From: Myxococcales bacterium
GTDB lineage: Bacteria > Myxococcota_A > Polyangia > Polyangiales > DASUME01
Length of the DNA: 64,000 nt
NCBI GenBank assembly: GCA_047601445.1
Contig: JASGJH010000001.1
Span: forward strand, 3,712,001-3,776,000
Direction: 5' to 3'
The notes under the pieces are model-generated. The model was not told the origin of the DNA, made no database searches, and saw only the letters and a program-made list of their open reading frames with translations. Position numbers and translations under genes: made by a program. Positions 59,032-64,000 of the stretch are shown here, one piece after another. The first letter of the stretch is position 1. Each line of letters starts with the position of its first letter.

Positions 59032-60834
59032 TCACATGACGCGCGTGCGTTGCTCCCACAGAAAGCCGCTGCAGCGCTCCTGCAGCGTCTGCTGCTTGAC
59101 CTTGCGCTTCAGCGACGCCGCGAGCTCACTGAGCATCCCCGAATGCAGGCTTCCCATGATGCGTGCGCGGTGGATCACCGACATGCTCAGGGTCACCAGC
59201 GGCACGCGTTCGATCTCCCCGCGTCGATTGCGGGCCACCATGAAGCCCGACTCCACATCCTCGGTGTCGAACAGCGCGAGCCGCTCCTGGTCGAACTCGG
59301 CGCAGGCCCGCGCGAGCACCTCTTCGGGCAGGCCAGCCGGCAACACCGCCACGAAATCGTCTCCTCCCAGATGACCGAGGCGCCCTACCCCGGGCGCGCC
59401 CGTCACCAGGCGCCCCAGCACGCGAGCTGCCAGGCGGATCAGCTCGTCTCCCATCAAGAACCCGTAGCGGTCGTTGTACTCCTTGAAGCGGTCGAGGTCG
59501 CCGTACACCAGCACCAACTCCTGGTTCTCGTCGCCGCCCAAGATCCACTTGTGAATCTCGCGGTTGCCCGGCAGCCCCGTGAGCGGACTCGCCCCCTGCG
59601 CGGACCGCACCTGCAGCTCCACCGAGCGCCGTATCAGCGACTTCATGGTGATGGTACCGAGCAAGGCGCCCTGCGCGTCCACCACGAGCACCGGGTCGTA
59701 CAGATCCTGCGGCGCCCGATCCATGGCCCGCGTCGCCAAGGTGGTGACGAGTGCCTTCTCTGAGACGGACAGCGGGTTGAGCTTGGCAGCCTGCTCCACG
59801 GGCTTGCGCTGGCTGAGCGCATACGCGTAGCGCCCGCCGAGCCGCGCGAAGAAGTCCTCTCGCGTGATCAGCCCCAGCGGCCGGCCGCCCGCGACCACGA
59901 CCATGTGGTCGAGGCTCGGCGAGGCGCGAAACATCTGCTCCACCCGCTCCACCCGCAGCGAGGCCTCCACCATCACGGGCTCCAGGATCAAGGAATCCAC
60001 GATCTCGTCGACCTCGCCCAGGCCCGCATGGGTCGAGCGCACCAGGTTCCTGAGTTGACCGCGCGTGTCGGGCGTCAGGTCGCGGGGCTCCTTGGCCGGG
60101 CGCTCGAGCAAGAAGCCCTGAGCGTAGCGGACGCCGAGTCGCAGCAAGGTATCGAGCTCCTCCCAGAGCTCCACCCCCTCGGCCACCAGCCGCGTGTCCA
60201 CGCTGGCGGCAAACGCCGTCAGCGAGCGCACCAAGTTGCGCTTGTAGGGATGCTTGTGGACGTCGCGCACCACCTCGCGATCGAGCTTGATGAAACGCGG
60301 CGTGCAGGCGATCAGCGAGAGCAAGCTCGAGTGACCCGCGCCGAAGTCGTCGGCAGCAAACTGAAAGCCGAGCCGTCGAAAGTGCTCCACCACCCGCTGG
60401 AAGCGCGCGTGATCGCGGATGGAGTGGTGCTCGGTCACCTCGAAGACCACGCGCGCGGGGTCCACACCTCTGCGCGTGAAGTCCGCGAAGAGCTGGCTCG
60501 GGCTGAAGCGCACGTCCTCGACGACGTTCGGGCTCACGTTCAAGAAGAAGAGCCCACCCCGCAATTCATGCTGCACCTCGGCGATGCGCGCGATGGACGC
60601 CGCCCGGCATGCCTGCTCGAGCTCCCAGGTACTGCCCTGCTGGCGGGCGGACTCGAACAGGGCCCCGGCGCTCTCCAACGCGCCCTCGCCACGCGAGAGC
60701 AACTCGTAACCCATGCATTGGCCCGCGATCAGATCCACGATGGGCTGAAAGACGCAGGAGATCCTTACAGCCTGGGGCGCTGTCGCAGATCCTCTCCACA
60801 CGGACAATTCCGGATCCGCGGACAACTCGTGCAT
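59032..60834 (-). CDS. EAL-CBS-GGDEF c-di-GMP signalling protein
   Basis: FQPIV...YELLSR; DDFGAGHS; IKLD; AEGVE; CBS-like pair; PLTGLPGN; GGDDF. Confidence 0.9.
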   Translation of the reverse strand: MHELSADPELSVWRGSATAPQAVRISCVFQPIVDLIAGQCMGYELLSRGEGALESAGALFESARQQGSTWELEQACRAASIARIAEVQHELRGGLFFLNVSPNVVEDVRFSPSQLFADFTRRGVDPARVVFEVTEHHSIRDHARFQRVVEHFRRLGFQFAADDFGAGHSSLLSLIACTPRFIKLDREVVRDVHKHPYKRNLVRSLTAFAASVDTRLVAEGVELWEELDTLLRLGVRYAQGFLLERPAKEPRDLTPDTRGQLRNLVRSTHAGLGEVDEIVDSLILEPVMVEASLRVERVEQMFRASPSLDHMVVVAGGRPLGLITREDFFARLGGRYAYALSQRKPVEQAAKLNPLSVSEKALVTTLATRAMDRAPQDLYDPVLVVDAQGALLGTITMKSLIRRSVELQVRSAQGASPLTGLPGNREIHKWILGGDENQELVLVYGDLDRFKEYNDRYGFLMGDELIRLAARVLGRLVTGAPGVGRLGHLGGDDFVAVLPAGLPEEVLARACAEFDQERLALFDTEDVESGFMVARNRRGEIERVPLVTLSMSVIHRARIMGSLHSGMLSELAASLKRKVKQQTLQERCSGFLWEQRTRVM

Positions 60835-61004
60835 GTGTCGAACTACGCCCCCCGACCCGAATATCGTAACTAGAGGCACGCGCGTCCCGACGTGACGTTG
60901 TTGTGACGGGGCTTTCTCGAACGGCATATGGCGCGGGCTCGTCGAGCCGTCGGAGCCCGAACGACCCGGCGTAACGCTGCGCCTCCGGATCCCGACGCGA
61001 GGGC

Positions 61005-61703
61005 ATGGCAACACAGAAGAAGACAATCCTCATCGTTGGTTACGGGCCGGGCATCTCGAAGTCGGCCGCCAAGAAATTCGCGGCGGAGGGGTTCTCGCTG
61101 GCCCTGGTGGCGCGCAATGCCGAAAAGCTGGAGGCGAGCGTCCAAGCGCTGCGCAAGGCCGGGGTCGAAGCGACGGGTTTCCCGGCCGACGCTGGCGATC
61201 CGGCGGCGATTGGCCAGGCCGTCCGCGAAGCGCGCACGAGTCTGGGGCCCATCCACGTAATCCTGTGGAATGCCTATGGCGCAGGTGCGGGCGACCTGCT
61301 CAGCGCGCCGACCGAGGAGCTGCGCGCGGCCCTGAACGTGCCGGTGCTCGGCTTGCTGTCGGCGGTCCAGGCGGCCCTGCCCGACCTCAAGCGGGTCACG
61401 GATGGCGCCGTCCTGGTGACCAATGGCGGCCTGGGATTGCTCGACGCCAACATCGAGACCGTTGCCATCCAGTGGAATGCCATGGGCCTGGCGGTCGCCA
61501 ACGCCGCCAAGCACAAGCTGGTGCGCTTGCTCGCCCAAAAGCTCAAGGCCGAGGGCGTGTACGTCGGCGAAGTGATGGTGATGAGCACCGTGAAGGGCAC
61601 CGCCTTCGACAACGGCAGCGCCACGCTGGATCCCGACGCCATCGCCGAAACCTTCTGGAATCTCTACCAGCAGCGCAACGAGACCTCGGTGCAGTTCAAG
61701 TAG
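61005..61703 (+). CDS. short-chain dehydrogenase/reductase
   Basis: IVGYGPGIS; WNA; VTNGG. Confidence 0.88.
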   Translation: MATQKKTILIVGYGPGISKSAAKKFAAEGFSLALVARNAEKLEASVQALRKAGVEATGFPADAGDPAAIGQAVREARTSLGPIHVILWNAYGAGAGDLLSAPTEELRAALNVPVLGLLSAVQAALPDLKRVTDGAVLVTNGGLGLLDANIETVAIQWNAMGLAVANAAKHKLVRLLAQKLKAEGVYVGEVMVMSTVKGTAFDNGSATLDPDAIAETFWNLYQQRNETSVQFK

Positions 61704-62535
61704 CGCGGGGGGCCCCCAGGTCGCGTCCGTCCCGCGCGCGCCTGCGCCACGGGCGCCCCGAGCGCGCCAGGTCGGCCCGCGTGTCGCGCTCGAGCGAGCG
61801 CTTGGCCAAACGGAGCAACTCCTGGGATTCAGGGTGATCGCGCCCCAGCTCGACGGCCTTCGTCAGCAGCAGCGCGGCCCCCTCGAGTCGCGCGGCCTGG
61901 TGGCGCGCGCTGCGGCCCTGCCCAACCACGATGATCGCACCACATAGCAACGCCAACGTCACCAGACCTGCCAAGGTGATCAGCATGGCGAGCCAGCCTC
62001 CGCTGCCGTGGGTGAGGTTGCGCAGACCCGCGACGGGACCCGCGTCGGCGTCGTACCAGGCCGTGGTCAGTCCTTCGTTCGCGCCGTTCACCGCCCCGAG
62101 CGCGGCCGCCTGGGCAGTGCGGGTCAAGCTGCTCTGCAGTTTGGGATCGGCCAGCCCGTTGGCCAGGCCTTGCGCGATGCTGGCGAAGGCCTCGCGCGAC
62201 GCCTCCGAGTCCAGGGTCTGCACCATCTGGCGCGTCGCGGCGTTGGCCGCTGCTCCGGCCACCTGAGTGAGCTTTTGTTGCGTGCCGGGCGACGCCAACC
62301 CGCGCACGACTCCGTCTGCGATCTGCTCTCCAATCTTGGCCGTCGCCTCGGCGAGGCGAGGATCCTCCACCGCGTTCATCAGGTCGCGCTTGGTCTCCTC
62401 TCGGTTGAGCTCGGTCACCGATTGGTCAACGGCGGCTTGAGAGGCCTCACGCGCGGCCGATTTCACCGTGGGTGCGCAGGAGGCTGCGACGAGCGAGACG
62501 AACGCGAGGACGACCGACACGCGACGGGAATGCAT
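61696..62535 (-). CDS. hypothetical lipoprotein/membrane protein
   Basis: AASC lipobox; helical body; C-terminal TM. Confidence 0.6.
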   Translation of the reverse strand: MHSRRVSVVLAFVSLVAASCAPTVKSAAREASQAAVDQSVTELNREETKRDLMNAVEDPRLAEATAKIGEQIADGVVRGLASPGTQQKLTQVAGAAANAATRQMVQTLDSEASREAFASIAQGLANGLADPKLQSSLTRTAQAAALGAVNGANEGLTTAWYDADAGPVAGLRNLTHGSGGWLAMLITLAGLVTLALLCGAIIVVGQGRSARHQAARLEGAALLLTKAVELGRDHPESQELLRLAKRSLERDTRADLARSGRPWRRRARDGRDLGAPRAT

Positions 62536-62704
62536 GATCTCTGGAACTGCAAGACCAAGACCAGGGACACGGTCGAGTACGCGCAGGTCCAGTGAGCGCC
62601 CGTCGTCACGCCGGTAACGTGAGGCTCTGAGAGTCGCAGGCGGCAAGCCGCCACCCTCAGGCCTCTTCTTCGTGGGGCGTGCGGCGCACCCTCCGAAAAG
62701 CCCG

Positions 62705-62920
62705 CTAGGCTTTGCGAGCTGCCTTCTTCTTGCGGGCTCCCTTCTTCTTGCGGGCCCCAGCCTTCTTGGCCGCTCCGGCCTTCTTGGCCGCTCCGGCCTT
62801 CTTGGCCGCTCCAGCCTTCTTGCGCGTTCCCTTCTTCTTGCGCGCGCTGGACTTGGTGGCCTTGACCGCGCCTACGGCGCTGGCCTTCTTCTTGGTGCTC
62901 TTCTTTCGCTTCGCTGCCAT
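62705..62920 (-). CDS. small basic histone-like protein (KKAGAA repeats)
   Basis: MAAKRKKSTKKK...(KKAGAA)3...RKKKAARKA; GGGGG RBS. Confidence 0.7.
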   Translation of the reverse strand: MAAKRKKSTKKKASAVGAVKATKSSARKKKGTRKKAGAAKKAGAAKKAGAAKKAGARKKKGARKKKAARKA

Positions 62921-63096
62921 GGTCGCCCCCGGATGCTCTGTTCGAGCAACGTCGTTCGCAGGTTGCTCTATCCTGGCGCGCTTCTCGCGGGTGAAACAAG
63001 CGAAAGAAACATCGGGAGCGGCAAGAAAACGAGCCCGCGCGCAAGCGCCACAGGATCCGCTTTCCCAAGCTTGGAACAGCCCGTGACGCAGATGAT

Positions 63097-63113
63097 TTGG
63101 CACATGCGCTGCA
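63097..63113 (+). promoter_or_regulatory. sigma54-type -24/-12 promoter
   Basis: TTGGCAC-ATGCG-CTGCA upstream of the AAGGAG RBS and ATG 63152. Confidence 0.6.
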
Positions 63114-63151
63114 ACCTCATCGCTCGATCCCGTGCGCACAAGGAGAACGCG

Positions 63152-63391
63152 ATGACCCCAGCACAATGCGAAACCTGCGGAAACACGTACGACAAGACTT
63201 TCCAGGTCGTGAAGGGCGGCGAGACGCACACCTTCGATTCCTTCGAATGTGCCATCCATGCGCTCGCCCCGCGCTGCGCTCACTGCGGTCTGCGCGTGAT
63301 GGGCCACGGCGTGGAGAAGGACGACCGGGTTTTTTGCTGCGCACACTGTGCTCAGCACGAGGGCGTGGATGGCATGCGCGACAGAGTCTAA
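63152..63391 (+). CDS. Cys/His-rich metallothionein-like protein
   Basis: CETCGNTYDK...HTFDSFECAIH...CAHC...GHG...FCCAHC. Confidence 0.85.
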   Translation: MTPAQCETCGNTYDKTFQVVKGGETHTFDSFECAIHALAPRCAHCGLRVMGHGVEKDDRVFCCAHCAQHEGVDGMRDRV

Positions 63392-63402
63392 TCAGTGAGC
63401 CC

Positions 63403-63489
63403 CCCGTACCCGCACCCGTGCCGGTGCCCGCTCTCTTCGGAGATCGCTTACGAGCACGGGCAGTAGCAAGAGCACGAGCACGGGCAGGG
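63403..63489. repeat. hexamer-periodic foldback (CCCGTG)n/(CACGGG/CACGAG)n
   Basis: cccgta cccgca cccgtg ccggtg cccg ... cgagca cgggca gtagca agagca cgagca cgggca; between convergent genes. Confidence 0.7.
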
Positions 63490-63538
63490 TCACGCGTGCG
63501 ACCCAGCAGGGAACAGCACGCGTGACCTCCCCGTGATC

Positions 63539-64000
63539 TCAGCGCGTCGCTTCCGCGCAGCGCCCGGGGCCCTTGTCCGCGGAGGTCTTGCTCAGGCTCT
63601 TGGGGAGCAGCTCGGCATACCCCTGCTCGATGGCTTCGGCGAAGCGCACCTTCATCCGCTTGCCCAGGTCTGCGAGGCCTCGGAACCAAGCTTCTTCTCC
63701 ACTTTGGGGAACACTGCCTTCTCCTCCTCCCGAACATGGTGCCCGATGAGCTCCTTGAGGCAGGTGACACGGGCGGCGAACACGCTGTCGTCGTCTGCCT
63801 GCAGCAGCGCTCGAGCTCCAGCGCGGCAATGGCGTGCTCTTCGACGCTCTCCGCAAACTCGGCCTCGAACTCATGCACGGTCGGATAGAAGAGTTCCTGC
63901 TCGATGGTCATGTGAGCAGCCAAGTTGTTGGCCAGCTCGTTCAAGAGGGTCTCGTCGTGTTTCTTCTCCAGCTTTGCGAACAGCTTTGCGAACAGCTGTT
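63539..64000 (-). pseudogene. hemerythrin/HHE cation-binding protein, 5' end outside the window, with frameshifts
   Basis: AHMTIEQELFYP...EEH in one frame; LKELIGHHVREEEKAVFP in a second; LADLGKRM in a third; indels near 63808 and 63677. Confidence 0.75.

Overview
A 64 kb, very GC-rich, gene-dense chromosomal segment. It looks myxobacterial (Myxococcota, probably Polyangia/Sandaracinus-like). That call is an inference from the many Cys-rich lipoproteins with (Gly-Asp)n and DAG linkers, a TPR/SUMF1/Ser-Thr kinase cluster, a vWA lipoprotein and sigma54-type promoters. I see about 70 CDSs: hydrolases, oxidoreductases, regulators (TetR, AraC, LysR, OmpR/HK), two c-di-GMP enzymes, ClpP, HtrA, DNA repair genes (YcaQ-like, ATL, Xth) and an L,D-transpeptidase. 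I found no rRNA, tRNA, CRISPR array, integrase or transposase. The most notable observations are: (1) a histone-H1-like (PAKKAA)13 protein followed 25 nt later by an extremely acidic D/E protein, either a charge-complementary pair or one frameshifted polyampholyte; (2) an orphan double-glycine-leader Gly/Leu peptide with a sigma54-like promoter, divergent from a GT-C mannosyltransferase; (3) a lipoprotein GH31 carrying the sulfoquinovosidase signature without sulfoglycolysis genes nearby; (4) a ~170 bp CTAG-bounded foldback element; (5) three hexamer-periodic palindromes between convergent genes. Single-base frameshifts in the kinase and hemerythrin genes suggest residual assembly indels, which matters for interpreting (1). 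All product calls come from motif recognition by eye, with no database searches.
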